A stretch of 63,909 nt of DNA, the filler included, from Folioceros fuciformis (taxonomy: Eukaryota), in the NCBI GenBank assembly GCA_049999805.1. It is 12 parts of 12 records of this genome, joined end to end, with 100 filler letters (N's around TTAATTAATTAA, not from the genome) between each part and the next. Parts side by side here need not be neighbours in the genome. Positions count along the whole stretch, not along the records: positions 9,853 to 11,762 come from JBNGIO010001507.1; positions 11,863 to 17,660 come from JBNGIO010001508.1; positions 17,761 to 19,596 come from JBNGIO010001509.1; positions 19,697 to 22,281 come from JBNGIO010001510.1; positions 22,382 to 24,207 come from JBNGIO010001511.1; 7 more parts are not named here. One strand, written 5' to 3'. Position numbers and translations under genes: made by a program. Below, piece after piece: positions 10,956 to 24,307 of this stretch; position 1 is the first letter of the stretch, and each line of letters starts with the position of its first letter. The notes under the pieces were generated by a model. The model was given only the letters and a program-made list of their open reading frames with translations, did not search any database and was not told where the DNA came from.

Positions 10956-11672
10956 TCAAAGGACACGTTCCAACGTGCAGCCATCATCCCGGCACTCTAT
11001 CCAAGAGTAAACATGCTCCAAGAAAGACTTGTCCTGGGGTCGGTCCTTCCGTCTCACATAGGTTGCTGCCTCCTGCTCTGTGTAAGCGACAATGTGAGGA
11101 GCGTGCACCATACCGGAAGTGTAATGAGGATCAGCAAAATAAGCCTCGGCTTCGAATTCCAACGACCTGCATACGCTCGGGTCCTGCGCCAGGGCCTCGA
11201 GAGGCGGGGCAAGCTGCAGATCGGTGAGAAGCACCGGGCACCTGACATAGTGTCCTTTCCCCACGCCTTCCAGTTCATCCAGCTTCTCCAGCGCAACGCT
11301 GTCTACCTCGTACACCTCTCCTCGCACTCGGTGGCCTTGGGACGGTATGTTGAGCAGAAAAGGAACTTGGAACGGTCCACACACCAGCGGGAACCGCGTC
11401 CTAGTGGACGCCACTCCGACAAACCGCGCATGTCCGTTCGCCAGCTGGTCCTCCATGAGCCAGTGATTGCCGAAACCTCTTTTCAGGGTGCCGTACACGA
11501 AGGCCAGCGTGCAGGGAGGAGCCAGCAGCTTAGTCTCGTCCTTGGCCGAAGTCAGCGTCCGGCCATCTACAAGTGAGCCGTGTGAGTTCTCCGTTGCACC
11601 TTCTGCCCCTGACCCAGCCTTGCTCACAAACACCACGGGAGACAGCATCTGATGCAAAATTGCACTTGCCAT
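10956..11672 (-). CDS. Gamma-glutamylcyclotransferase, AIG2-like family (intronless, 238 aa)
   Basis: FVYGTLKRGFGNH, PLVCGPFQVPFLLN.P..GHRVRGEVY and LDELEG...GHY.R motifs. Confidence 0.92.
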   Translation of the reverse strand: MASAILHQMLSPVVFVSKAGSGAEGATENSHGSLVDGRTLTSAKDETKLLAPPCTLAFVYGTLKRGFGNHWLMEDQLANGHARFVGVASTRTRFPLVCGPFQVPFLLNIPSQGHRVRGEVYEVDSVALEKLDELEGVGKGHYVRCPVLLTDLQLAPPLEALAQDPSVCRSLEFEAEAYFADPHYTSGMVHAPHIVAYTEQEAATYVRRKDRPQDKSFLEHVYSWIECRDDGCTLERVL

Positions 11673-11862
11673 TGCGCCCCTTGCTTGCCACCTTCAGCTC
11701 CAGCCGGCCCTGTTTACTCCAGCAATGACAACGGAAATGGCAAGCTCCGTGGTGAGCAGGAGNNNNNNNNNNNNNNNNNNNNNNNNNNNNNNNNNNNNNN
11801 NNNNNNTTAATTAATTAANNNNNNNNNNNNNNNNNNNNNNNNNNNNNNNNNNNNNNNNNNNN

Positions 11863-12941
11863 CCACGAGACACCACTCGTGTCGGATGACACAACCGAGG
11901 ATGAAAAACTTGTGATGAGGCCTGTCAAGACCTCCCGGGTGTCAGAAGGTAGCGTGAAGCAGGCTGGGACAAGTACAGCAGCCATTGGCAGCCCTGTCAA
12001 GACCCCACTGACATCAGAAGGAGCTGCTGCCTCGGAGGAAGAGGTAATGTTGGCACAGACGTGATGGAGTGTGAAGACGTTGTCAGTTACGCCGACGAGA
12101 AGGAAGGGAATGCACTCACATGGCGTTCTTCGTCCGGTGCAGGTGCAAGCAAGCGTTAGGAAAGTGCAGGGAATCGATGCTGTAACTCAGGCTGCAGCAG
12201 TCAGGGCTGCAGCCTCTGCCATGGCAGGTGTAGCCCGATCCCTGGTGGCTCCAAAGACTTCCTACGAGTTCGAAACGTTGTGGAAAGGCTTCTATGGAGA
12301 TCGTGCTTCCCAGGCCAGGCTGTTAAAGGTGGGCGACACGTCCCTATCCACAGTTTCACTGTTGAGTAGGTGTTCAAATGTGTAACCACGTCGTCTCTCA
12401 CTGGCAGTTGATGGATCCGGCTTCACTCCCGTCCGTCTTCAAAGATGCGCTAAGTGCCCCTCTGATGATGGAAATCATTCACACATTGGAGGCATTTTTC
12501 CCGTGCGTGAACCCGCCACCCACGTTTATTGCTTCCTCGTGATGGCCGGAATGACTGATTAACAAACTTGTCCAAGACCGAGTGCTCACTAACTGAGCCA
12601 CGCAAATCATTGTGCAGGCACGATGCAGACTTCGGTGTGGATATGCTGGACCATCTCACCCGGGTTGGCAGATTTAGCATGTCCATCATGTTTCTTACTC
12701 GACAGCAGAAAAGCGGTACGTATGTGACACGCCATACTTTCTGGCGCCAGGTATGACGTCGCACTCAAACCGAGTGAACTCCCGGGGTCAAAATACTCAT
12801 CAACACCCATCTAACGGCTGAGTCATGTTTACGTTGGCAGAGCTATGGCAGTTGTGGTGTAGAGTGTTCAAGAGCCAGGCAGTCCCAGAGCCTTCCCGAA
12901 AGCGCGTGGACCAGCTCCAGGTCGCATACCGGTTACCTTGA
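11863..12941 (+). CDS. RPAP3-like (R2TP co-chaperone) 3' exons encoding the RPAP3_C domain
   Basis: Exons <11863-12043, 12143-12328, 12408-12502, 12618-12715 and 12841-12941 splice in frame with GT-AG ends. Translation APKTSYEFETLWK...LPSVFKDALSAPLM..II...LTRVGRFSMSIMFL. Confidence 0.85.
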
Positions 12942-15137
12942 GGACGTGCCAGATGTGCAGTTTTGGAGAGATCTGTGCCGACACCACACGCCGCCTCACG
13001 ACAAGTGTCTATCTTTCTGCCGCCGGTCCGGTGCCTCTGCCACTTGGTCTGCCTTCTTTTTCAATCACTGGGCAGACAAGCGTGCAGTCTCTTCTTGTAT
13101 CATATATTGTATTCTGTTGTTTCCTTGCCATCACTGACGGCTCTTCTTCCCCCTCGTAACGGAATGGGAATGGGAATGGAAGCAGTCTTTGTCATTGCGG
13201 CTACAGTCGAATGAACGATGAATCCACGCACAGAGCTCTCTTTTTCCTGTGGAGTCTGTTAGGTAGTAGCTACCAGCAAGGAGGGAAAGGGTTGGATATG
13301 TACGTGCGTTCGTGTGCCCCAGTATGCCCACCGTGAGCAGGTGTAGGGTCTGCGAGACCCAGACCTAATATTCTACACTTTATCCATGGAGCATCCTCCC
13401 CTGTCCAAGCCCAGGTCCAGGTAGTGTTTGCTTTGGGAGCAGGCCTTGCATCGGGGTGCAGATAGCACCTTGTTTCAGCATTGTGCCTTCCACGCGTGCG
13501 CGTGTGGCTGGGGGCCGGGGGTCCGTGTTTTCTATCCCAGCTTCAGATCTTTCAGTCGGCACCGGGACAGCGGTTGGCGTCGGCAACGGCTCCTGGGCTG
13601 GCTGGGCTGGGGCAGAATGTGTGTAGGAAAAGGCGTGCAAAAGGGATTGGGTGTTGCCACTTCCGATGCCGATGCCCCAACTCTAGTACAAACAAAAGAA
13701 GGGAATGGAAGCCATTCGTCCGAAAGAGTTGCAAACACATGTTGGGCCATCGGGGTTGGAGCTGCGGCTGCAGTGTTGGGTGTCAGACGATCCAATCATG
13801 TAACATTCCGAGGCAGCGGCCCGTTGTATACAAGTCCCGTTGAAGGACAGTGGGCCCCTCCAGCCAAAGTCCGGTGGACAAGATGTCCAGCACACAAAAT
13901 CCTGGGCCGAAGTCCTGTTGATCATACAAAATCCAGTCCCGAGCCCGAGAGCGGGACCGATGCCCATGCCCATGCATTTATTTTGTTGGTGTCACTGGTA
14001 GTGGTAGTGGTACTGGTACTGGTACTGGCACTGGCTCCGAGGCCACAAATCACAGGCATCCCATGGCTGCAATAAAGGCGTGAGTGGCGTGGCAGAGCGT
14101 CCTGTACGTGTATACCAGGAAAGGAGGGGGGCTTGCAGCCAGAGACATGAAGCCCGCAGGGCTGGACACGGAGATGTCTTGGCACATGGACAAGCGGAAA
14201 GGGCACGCAACCTGAGCCTCATGCTTGCGCGCTTCGGAGCCTCCTGCTGTGCGATATCAAGTGGTGTGGGGCAGGAAGCCATCTTTCTGGGTACGGTGTG
14301 GTGACGGGCTGGGCGTGGGCCTAGTGTCATGTGCGAGATGGAGGGGAGGGAAGCCTGTGAAAGGAAAGGCAGGGACCTCATCGTCCTGTCCAGTCCCATC
14401 AATAGTGACTTTGCCATTGCTCCCGGGTCCCTCCGGTCGGACTCATCTGGCTCCCTGTCCCCGTCCCAGACCTCCCCCCCGTCTTCCCTTCTTGTCTCGT
14501 TTGCGAGCAATGAAATGAAATCCCATCTCATTAGCTGCGAGTGCTACAGTACAGTACACTAGGTCCCCACTTCTTAACGGTCACTTGGGCCTTAGCCTTT
14601 GTCGTTTAGGCCTGGGAAGCCGAGCCATCGCGAGACGTTACACCTTGCTTGCCTTGCGCTTCGCTTGGATTGCCATGTTGGGAATCGCGACTCCACTCGA
14701 GTCGTGAATTCGTGTGAAATCGTCACCCTCCCCCTCCACTTGCGCTACCCTACAATACCCTAGCATACCATACCATACCATACTAGAGGGCACATACATG
14801 CTGGACCGTATTCGTACACGTTCCCCGCGGCCTCCTTCCCTCACGTTTTCTCTTACAGCCGCCCAGTGGACGTTGGGAGCGCGGGCAGCTAGTCCGGAGC
14901 TTCCCCGACCGGGGCCCCTTACACTTACGCCTGGTGCCTCCAAGGCTTCCGCTCCTCTCACTCTTCGCGACCCACGCATACCCGACGCGATTCGTCTCCA
15001 AAGCGCAGCGCCCAGCCAGGCAGCATCATCAGGGTCTCGGAGGAGGCTGATGCGGGCTGCCCCAGGGGCTGCCTACCTGCTACCAGCAACAACAGGCTGT
15101 GCCAGCCCATGGTGGATCACCTGGTGGCCTTGTCACC

Positions 15138-17231
15138 ATGGTCCAGCAGCCCAGATATGCCCTGGAGTCGCAGCTCAGCGGGGGCTCCGACGACACCGCC
15201 TACAGCACCACTCAGTCCGAATCCTCATCCTCTGCCTCCGGATCGGCCTCCGTTCCCAGATTGAGCCTCAACGGCAGGATCAGCCAGACCGAGTCCGACG
15301 ACCCCGTCTTCTTGCAATCCTGCACCGCTTCTCCTTACGCCTTGCCCCTCTCCAGCTCTCTTTCTGCTAATGGTGAGCATTGCTTGCAGCTGCACCCTCA
15401 CAGTGTCCATCCAGCGCTTCGTGGTGATCAGGTGCTGTTTGGTCACCTTCACGGTGGCTGTTATGCATCATGGGTGTTGCTGTCCATGGGGGGGGGTGGA
15501 TGGATGGATGCCTGCCTGCTGTCACCGTTTGTTGCTTGTCGTGGCTGGGTGTGGTTGTATGGCGCCAGACCGCCTTGGCGTTTGTGTGTATAATCGTGGT
15601 GGCACAGTCTGGCTAAGGCTTGGTGTGTGTGGATGCTGGGTGATGCGTGGGCGGGCGCAGATTTGAGCGGGGCGCGATGCCTTACCACATTGGAGGGCCA
15701 TCAGGGAGCCGTGCTCTCCTTGTGCCTGGACGGCGACTACCTGTACTCGGGATCGGAGGGGAGTGATATCCGGGTGTGGCGCCATACTCTCCTCAATGTG
15801 TCGCACACTCTGGTGGGCGATAGGTTCCGGCTCAAGGGAGACGGCGGGGCTGTGAAGGCGATGGTGGTGGCCAACGACCGCCTGTACAGCGCGCATCAGG
15901 ATTGCAAGCTGCGGGCGTGGAGCCGGCAATGGCCCGTCTCCGGGGAGGGAGGAGGAGATAGAGATCCGGAGCTGGTGAAGCACAAGCTGCGGGCGACGCT
16001 GCCGACGGTGAAGGACATGGTGGTATCCTGCCTGCCGCCCAAGAATTACGTGCAGGTTCGGCGGCACCATCGGAAGCTCTGGATTCAGCACGCGGACACC
16101 ATCTCCGTGCTGGCGCTGGGCAGCGGGGTGCTCTACTCCGGCTCCTGGGACAAGAGCGTCAAGGTGTGGCGGCTGGAGGACCACAAGTGCCTGGAATCCT
16201 TGACCGCCCACGACGACGCCGTGAACGCGGTCGTCGTGGACCAGGGCAACGCCTTCCTTTACACGGGAGGGGCCGACGCCAAGATCAAGGTCTGGGCCCG
16301 GCTACTCCCCGACGGCTCGCCCACGCCCACGCTGGCCACCCCGACCCCCAGGAGGAAGGACATTTCCATGCCCATCACGGAAGAGCCACTGGGACAGGAG
16401 AATATGCAGAAGATGGACAAGAACGTGCTGCAACAGCGGCAGCCGCCGTCGCTCAGCTTATCCGCCTGGCGCAGCACCCACAATTTGCTCTCGCCGAGCC
16501 TCGTCCACAACCAGCAAGCCAGGCAGACGTACATGTCCTCCCCTGCCTCTGCCCCTGCTGCACCCACCGCGCCATCTCTGACAAAACAAGCAGCAGGTAG
16601 ATCCCCAGGCGCGCCGCAGCACCACCACTTCAAGGGCTCTCCTTTGCACCCCATGGAGAGCAATCGGCACGGATCCCACACCCTGGTGACCACCCTGGAG
16701 GGACACACCTCGGCCGTCAACGCCCTGGCTCTCAGCCCGGACGCCTGCCTGCTCTATTCGGCGTCGGGGGACCGGAGCGTGAGCGTTTGGGAGCGGGAGG
16801 ACTCGGCCCAGCACATGAGCATCGCCACCCTGCTGCGAGGCCACCAGCAGGCCGTGCTGTGCCTGGCAGTGTCGCACCCGGATTCCCAGCACGCCGCTAT
16901 GGCTGACTACGTGCTGTGCAGCGGCTCAGCGGACGGCACAATCCGGGTATGGCGCCGGCAGGATCCCGCCACCGTGCGCCATGTCTGTGTCGCCGTGCTC
17001 AGGGGACACCGAGGGGCGGTGAAGGCGCTAACGCTTGCCCCGAATCTTCACCCCTCGCTGGGAATCGTGCTCTACAGTGGTGGCCTGGATCGAGTCATTC
17101 GGGTGTGGTCACTGCCGATGTTTAATCATCCTTGTCAGCAGCAACAGCAGCAGCAGCAAGAACTACACCAAATCTCCAACAATATTGACTCCTCTGCGAG
17201 AAACGCTTTTCTTCTCCACAATCGACTATAG
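15138..17231 (+). CDS. WD40-repeat protein (JINGUBANG-like), 2 exons
   Basis: Exons 15138-15372 and 15661-17231 join in phase 1. Seven WD repeats; family motifs YVQVRRHHRKLWIQHADTIS and LYSGSWDKSVKVW; low-complexity insertion and a polyQ tail. Confidence 0.92.
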
Positions 17232-19305
17232 GTGGTGGACTGGACGTCCATGAGGCAGGTACACCAGCAATGCCATGCAAATCACACCCGTCGCCAACTT
17301 CCACATCGACTGCGAAACCTGTATACTACAACTTGGAGCCTCCATCACCGTCTGTACTACTGCATATAAATCAATGTAGGCATGACGCTACCATCTCTGG
17401 ATCTTTTTCTTGACTTGGCTGAGTTGCTTGCCAAATACAATATCCTCACAACTTTTGTCTTCTTGCAAGACTGGTTGACTCAGACCAAAATTGTTTTCAT
17501 GTTGCGTACTGGCATTTCTACCTCGGACTCTCCCTCCTGCTCTGCAGAGTGTGGCAATTTACAAAGCAAAAAGTAGAACCACTGCCATGACTTTTGACAA
17601 AATGACACAGCTTTTATTGAGAGAAAAGAGAGGCCACAATTGCCTCCCACCACGGCCTTCNNNNNNNNNNNNNNNNNNNNNNNNNNNNNNNNNNNNNNNN
17701 NNNNTTAATTAATTAANNNNNNNNNNNNNNNNNNNNNNNNNNNNNNNNNNNNNNNNNNNNCCCCGTCTCAGCAGTCCTCGATTCACTTACACCCCGCTTC
17801 ACTTCCGGCTTCCACTCCTTCTGGCGTCCTTTCACATTCACCCTTACTCATCACTCGGTCACTCGCTTCTCCCCTTTCTCACACACGCGCACCCTCGCGC
17901 TTCCTCTTTCGCCGGTTCTTTCGTCTGCTTTCTCAGCAATGCCCCTCCTGGGCTCCTATGAACGTTGAGGAATGGTGAGGTACCGAAGCTAAGGGAAGAG
18001 GAATCCCTTCCACTCCGAACTCGCGGATTCGGCTCCATCACCCACACCAACCACGTGACCACTTCGAGGATAGCTGGGGAGCTTCTCTCCCACTCGGCGA
18101 GGCGCCTCCTCCCGATTCGTCCCCGGACCTGATCACGGAGCGCCCACCACCTACACCCGCACCCCAGGTTGCTACGTGCGCTCGCTTGCCTGGACCTCCC
18201 ATCCAGCAACGGCCATCGCTAGGTCCCTGCAGGGTCGACTGTCCGGTTGGTTCTTGCTCATTCCTTAGGCCTTCAAACCGGCCTCTTGTACACGGTGATG
18301 GCGGTTTTCCCGCCATAAAGTCTGTCAGGCAGGGGAGGTGCGCTCTTAAATTCTGAGCGACTTGGGTCCAAATAAAGCACACTAAAAAGAACTAATCTAG
18401 CCTGCATTTACTATCGCCCTGTCCCACGCCACTAGCGGCTTCCTCCTGGCCTTCGCACGTCACCCCTCGCTGCTCCTCCTCTCGCTCTTCTGCCTCTCCG
18501 TTGGTCCGGCAGATCCTCCCAGAGGATCTCCACATCACTGCTGCTACTGCTGGGCCTAGCTGGCGGCGCAGGTGGGTCCCGCCGCTGTGGTCCACCACCC
18601 CTCCTCCTTCTCTGGTTGCTGAGGACAGCCACAGGCTCCTGTTCTACCCAGCGCTGGGCCTCCTTTTCCGTCAGTTCCTCCGGAACTCCCTCCGTGGGGA
18701 GGCAAAACCCAGGGCACTGATTGCCAACGGGTTCCACCTTTAGTGGCCACACTTATCCCACTGTCGTTGACACATTGGGTTTCGTTCCCACGAAGGAGCG
18801 ATGGGGTTCCTTGCTGCTGTGGATGGAGGGTCGGACTTGATCAACTTAATGATGGATTCGAGGGCTCCCCTCCAGCTCCGATCAGGTGTAGGACAGGCCT
18901 CACTGTCCGGCGGTCAGCTGCACCTCTCTCGGTGCCCACAAACTCACTCCAGTCACTACAACGACCCTAACCTCGTAGATCTGCGACTTCCCTCACTCAC
19001 TTCACTCACTCTCTCACTCCAGCACCAACACCAGCAACTAACAACGACACCACTACCTTCTACACTTCCCTATTGACTTCTTCTACCCGGCAAGAGTCAC
19101 TAGACTAACCCCAAAGAAAAGAAAGAAGGGAACACACTCCCCTCTTGGATATCTCCCCCCCCAACCTTCCCAGACGCCATGAAACATGGCCGGCCTACAG
19201 CACTTGTCCAAGCAAGGAACAAGAGTGGACAGGTGGAGAGAAAGACACATCCTTTACAATCAAGAGCTAGGGGCAAGCCCCTTCACCCTGGTCATTACGC
19301 CTTGT

Positions 19306-19465
19306 GATCCTACCAGACACTATACAATCGGCAACACGCTGCCCGCGATCCTACCAGACACTGTACAGCCGGCAACACGCTACCTGCGATCCTACTAGAC
19401 ACTGTATAGCCGGCAACACGCGGCTTGCGATCCTACCAGACGTTGCACAGCCGGCAACACACTGC
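19306..19465. repeat. Tandem repeat, ~4 x 41 bp
   Basis: GATCCTAC(C/T)AGAC...CGGCAACAC units start at 19306, 19347, 19388 and 19429. Confidence 0.92.
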
Positions 19466-19696
19466 AAGTCCTAAACCAAGCAGGGACAGACCACAAGAGC
19501 TCATGAAGAGAGGACCTCCAAGAGCTCACGAAGAGATAGACTGACTCCCAAAGTGAATGACTCCCTCCTCCTACAGGCTCACCTGATCTTATAGGANNNN
19601 NNNNNNNNNNNNNNNNNNNNNNNNNNNNNNNNNNNNNNNNTTAATTAATTAANNNNNNNNNNNNNNNNNNNNNNNNNNNNNNNNNNNNNNNNNNNN

Positions 19697-22281
19697 TTCC
19701 GCCTCGGCTCTTTGGAACCAGCTTCATTTACTGCCGAGTACTTTGCGGACTTGGTCTATCAACTTCGCCGCCTAGCAGAGCCAGTCCAAGAAAGCTCACC
19801 AGCCCCTTAATTGTAGGATGTCAGCAGTACTTGTGCTAAGAGGACACCAGAACAAGGTTCTCACTTTGACGGTCGAACTTATTATGTAATTCTCGTTTAT
19901 ACCTTTTGAAGTTAAGCCTACGCGGAGCCCTTCGCCAAGTTTTATGACCACGACCTACGACTCCTTTGTGAATCACTTATAGAGCAATTGAGCTCACTTA
20001 CATTAGACCCTACAGCAGCTATGGCGACAAGTGGCGCTGCCACCATCCCTGTCTCTGCCCCTGTCTACACCGATCACATGAAGGAGAAGGATCGATTCAA
20101 CGGCCAACACTACCTAGTGTGGCGCATGAAGTCTATCTTGATAGGTCAGGGCGTATGGAAGATCGTCGACAACACGTTACTAAAGCCTAACCCTTCATCT
20201 ACACCACCCCCTTCCGCTGCCGATATAGAAAGATGGGACTACTTGAATGGGATTGCTATCGCTCTCCTCATCGGTGGCCTTGGCTCTAGCCTGGTGCCCA
20301 GTGTGGAGTTCCTTATGGAAGTGTCTACAATCTGGGACCAGCTATCAAACACGTACAACGTTAACAATGTTCTAACCCTGTATAGTGTAAGGCAAGAATT
20401 TAACCTCCTAAAGATGAAGGAGACCGATACGATCTCTTCCCACACTTCCAAGTTTAGATAGTTGCGAGGATAGCTCGCCTCACTTGGCTCAACTATGTCG
20501 GAGACTGATGCCTCTACACAGTTATTGATGAGCTTGCCACCGTCTTACCAAAACTTTATTACCAGCCTGATGTTGGTATCAACTCAAGGTAAGCCAGGTA
20601 CAGTCCCCACCTAACAGTGGAGGACATCATCGGTGCTTTGTATGAGCAGGAGCAGAGCTGCCTATGCTCTCCAGGAGGGTCCAAGCCCAAAGCAGACAAG
20701 GCGCAGACCACCCGTTTCAAGCCCTGGAAGAATCAAAAAGGCAGAGCAAATTTCACCCCTAGAGGTGAATCTACCTTTGCTCCTCCTTGCCAATTGGTGT
20801 GGAGCTGCCGGCCATTGGGCACGAGAGTGTTGCAGAAGAACACCGGAGAACCACAAAGGACTGCCCTTAAACGAGCGGCTAGTGTCACTGTAAAAGGGAA
20901 AACCAGCGCACAAGAGACAAAGACCATTAAGATGCTTACGGTTTACCTCAACACCCAAATGCACCAGGTTTTAGGGTGGTATCTAGATAGCGGAGCCACC
21001 GCCCACATTTGAAATGACCGTACTCTATTCACCAAGCTGAACACTTGTCCCCTCAGAGAAAGGGTGCTACTTGGTGATGAACAGAGTAGATCTAGCTTGC
21101 CTATAGAGGGACAAGGCACTTGCGAATTCTCCCTTAAGGATAGTTTGGTGCTTATATTGGAGCCTGTGCTCCTCGTCCCCCGCATGGGCAAAAAATCTCG
21201 TCTCCATGACCCCTCTTTTGAAGCATGGCGATCTCGAGATGCTTGTCAAAAGGGGGTCACGCTGTTTCTTCTAGGCCACCAACCCTGAGCAATGCCTCTT
21301 CACTACTGAGCCTCACGATGGTCTCTATAAGCTCTCCTTTGCCGGGGAGAGCGAGCCGTCTACCTTTGCAGCTGGACTATAGAGGTTACCCCCTGATGAT
21401 CTAGCGCCCCTATGGCATGCCAGGCTTGGACACATCAATAAGAACAAGCTGATATCTATGGTGTCATAAGACTTGTATAAAGAGCCCCTACCCAAGTGCT
21501 TTCGGCATCTCCCTGTGTGCGAGTCTTGTGTGCTCGCGAAGCAAAAGGAGTCCCCTTTTCCGAAGCATGCTCATAGGGCAACTACCACACTGGAACTTGT
21601 CCTCCTGGACTTATCCTAGGCACATGAAGAGCGACACGTTCACCTACTTCCAAGATTGGCTGTTGGTTGCCGAGAGACAAACAGGCAACCAACTCAAATT
21701 CCTAAGAAGCAATAATGGAACAGAGTTTGTAAACAATGCCTTCGACGACTTTTTGCGAGAGTGAGGTATTGAAAGGCAGCTAACTATCCCTCATACCCCA
21801 CAGCAAAATGGGGTTTTGGAGAGCAAAAATTAGACCTTGTTATCCATGACCCGGAGTATGTTACTATGGGCCGGCCTTCCTCAGGGCTTCTGGGCAGAGG
21901 CCATCATCACTGCCACCTATATCCTCAATCACGTTATCACCGGCGCAGTCCCTGGGCGTACGCCCTACGAGGTATTTGGAACCAAAAACCTAGCCTCCTT
22001 CACCTCCGAGTCTTTGGGTCTACAGCCTACACTTATATCCCAAAGACCAAGCGCCAGAAGCTGGAGGATAGGTCTCGCAAGCTTATGCTTGTCGAATACA
22101 ACAAGAATGCAAAAGCCTACCAGCTAAAGTCATCCGTGAGGGTGAGATAGTAGCGTGCTCCTCCTAGTGACAGTTCGTGAATCTTTGCGGAGAATCTGCG
22201 GTACCTACATTTCCAGATCTTATCACCACCAGCATGATTCCCTATCACAATTCCCGCTGGATGATGGTGATCCCCAACAGG
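19697..22281 (+). mobile_element. Ty1/Copia element C, internal fragment of the same lineage as A and B: ORF0 tail, gag (from 19944), protease, integrase; heavily degenerate
   Basis: KEKDRFNGQHYLVWRMKSILIGQGVW, WYLDSGATAH, WHARLGH and GLPQGFWAEAI motifs, with many stops. Confidence 0.93.
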
Positions 22282-23851
22282 NNNNNNNNNNNNNNNNNNN
22301 NNNNNNNNNNNNNNNNNNNNNNNNNTTAATTAATTAANNNNNNNNNNNNNNNNNNNNNNNNNNNNNNNNNNNNNNNNNNNNGGCTTCAATTCTGCTCCCT
22401 TAAGGTGAGTGACATGCAAGTTGCTTTGAAGCTACTCAGGAAGTGTCTAAATTCCTGGGAACTAGACGAGACCAAACTAGACCAAAGCCATATATGTTGG
22501 TTGGTGAACATGGCTCAATTTGCCTCAAGTGCCTAAATTAGGACGTCCTAGGATGAAAAGGGCGTTGTCTCGAATCCCCTTGTTATTGCATCACCTTGAA
22601 TAGATTCCATAACAATCAGGAGCTGGATGCAATTCGGGCCTATTCCAATAAGCAAACCCTGATGCAATTCATTCACCGTAGTGAACCGGGTAGCTTTCAC
22701 CTCCAAGAGGTGAACGGAGAGTTTGGTATTTCATCTTAGCAAGTTAAACTTATTTTTCTTGGATACATGAGGTAATACATGAGGGGATATATGAGGTAAT
22801 ACATGAGGGGTTATTACTATAGTGAGTTAGGTATTGATTTCGCGTATGGTCATAGCCCTTGATATGTGAGAAGGAACATAACGGTTTACAACAAAACTGA
22901 TTGTTAAACATATGTTGTAGATGTGCCTTTAGATCTATTTATATTTATATATATATAATTTATAATGAATTGTTACAGATCTATTTATATTTATATTTAT
23001 ATGAATTATATATATATTTAAATTTTATAATGAGCTGTTATAAAATGTGTTGTGAAAGGCTTCATTTTCTTGTAGTGACTTATGCAAGATGAGGCCAACA
23101 AGCAAGCAAGCTACTTGGGATCAAAGTGGTATTGACAACACATTTCATAGTAGAGAGTTTTGAGATGCTTGCCTTTATGTGCTTGGAGATGCCTTGACAA
23201 CTACGGTGTTGTTACGGAAATGTGTCCCTCCAAAGGCACATCAATACTTGGTGTGTTTGACCCAAGATCACATGCATGTTTTGTCTACGTATGACATTAA
23301 TTCGTCTTGCTCCAATCTCCCTCCAAAACCGAAGTAAAAATGAGTGGTCCACACTATCTCCATAGAGTAGTACTACTCTCTATCCCACCTACTCTCTATC
23401 CCACCTACTCTCTATCCCACCTAACGATTGGTGAAAACAACATTTGCCTTTCAGCAACACTTCACTAGGTCAAGATCAACCGATGCTTCTCCATAGGAAT
23501 TCTCAATGGTGCACACAAGTTTGAAAATTGTGTAATATGCACACAAGTTTGAAAATTTGGAAATGTAATATACACACAATAAATAGTGTTTATGGCATCG
23601 TGAGCTATCCGTGAACATAGGATAAGAGAACATAGGATAAGGGAACACAATATAGAATAAGACATAGGATAAGGGACCACAATATAAAATAAGACATGCA
23701 CAAGTCTACAAGGCACTAGTACATAGAACAACAACTACTATATTTATGTCCAACAAGGATGGAAGAACCATCATGGGACATAGATAGTACAGCTTAAAAG
23801 AGGTTTAAAAACCGAGTACACTTACGTACGTCTAAACTAGAGAAGCGGTAC

Positions 23852-24207
23852 CTATATGAGGAAACAGAAAAGAGGGCGAAGACTACAAGGAGTCCAACAA
23901 GGACTGCCGAAGATCAAGAAGCTTAGAGAGACATAGTCCAGAGAGCCTAGGAATGTGGAAAGAAAAAAAAATCCGCGCAGTGAGGAGCGAGCACACTCAA
24001 AAAGAAGAGAGTAACGAGACCGAATATCGGCATAGGCAGGACAATAGAAGAGGAAGTGTGATTCAAATTCAGGATCCAAGGAGCAAAGCTTGCAGATCCT
24101 ATCGTCTTGGGGAGAGGTAGGCTTGAGCCAATGGTCGGTCTCAATCCGGAGGTGGTGGGAGCTAACACGAAATTGACTTATGAGTGTGCGGAGTTTGAAG
24201 GATAGGG
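23852..24207 (-). mobile_element. 3' end of a non-LTR retrotransposon ORF2 (C-terminal Cys/His domain)
   Basis: Open frame from the contig edge: LISQFRVSSHHLRIETDHW...DRICKLCS..PEFESHFLFYCPAYADIR. Confidence 0.82.
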
Positions 24208-24307
24208 NNNNNNNNNNNNNNNNNNNNNNNNNNNNNNNNNNNNNNNNNNNNTTAATTAATTAANNNNNNNNNNNNNNNNNNNNNNNNNNNNNNNNNNNNN
24301 NNNNNNN

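Noticed and set aside
13000-15100. Many overlapping 60-220 aa ORFs between RPAP3 and the WD40 gene, and similar ones at 30400-33000
   Set aside because: Low-complexity, microsatellite-driven translations with no recognisable domain or consistent splicing; treated as intergenic or UTR. I recognised no conserved miRNA, tRNA or snoRNA.
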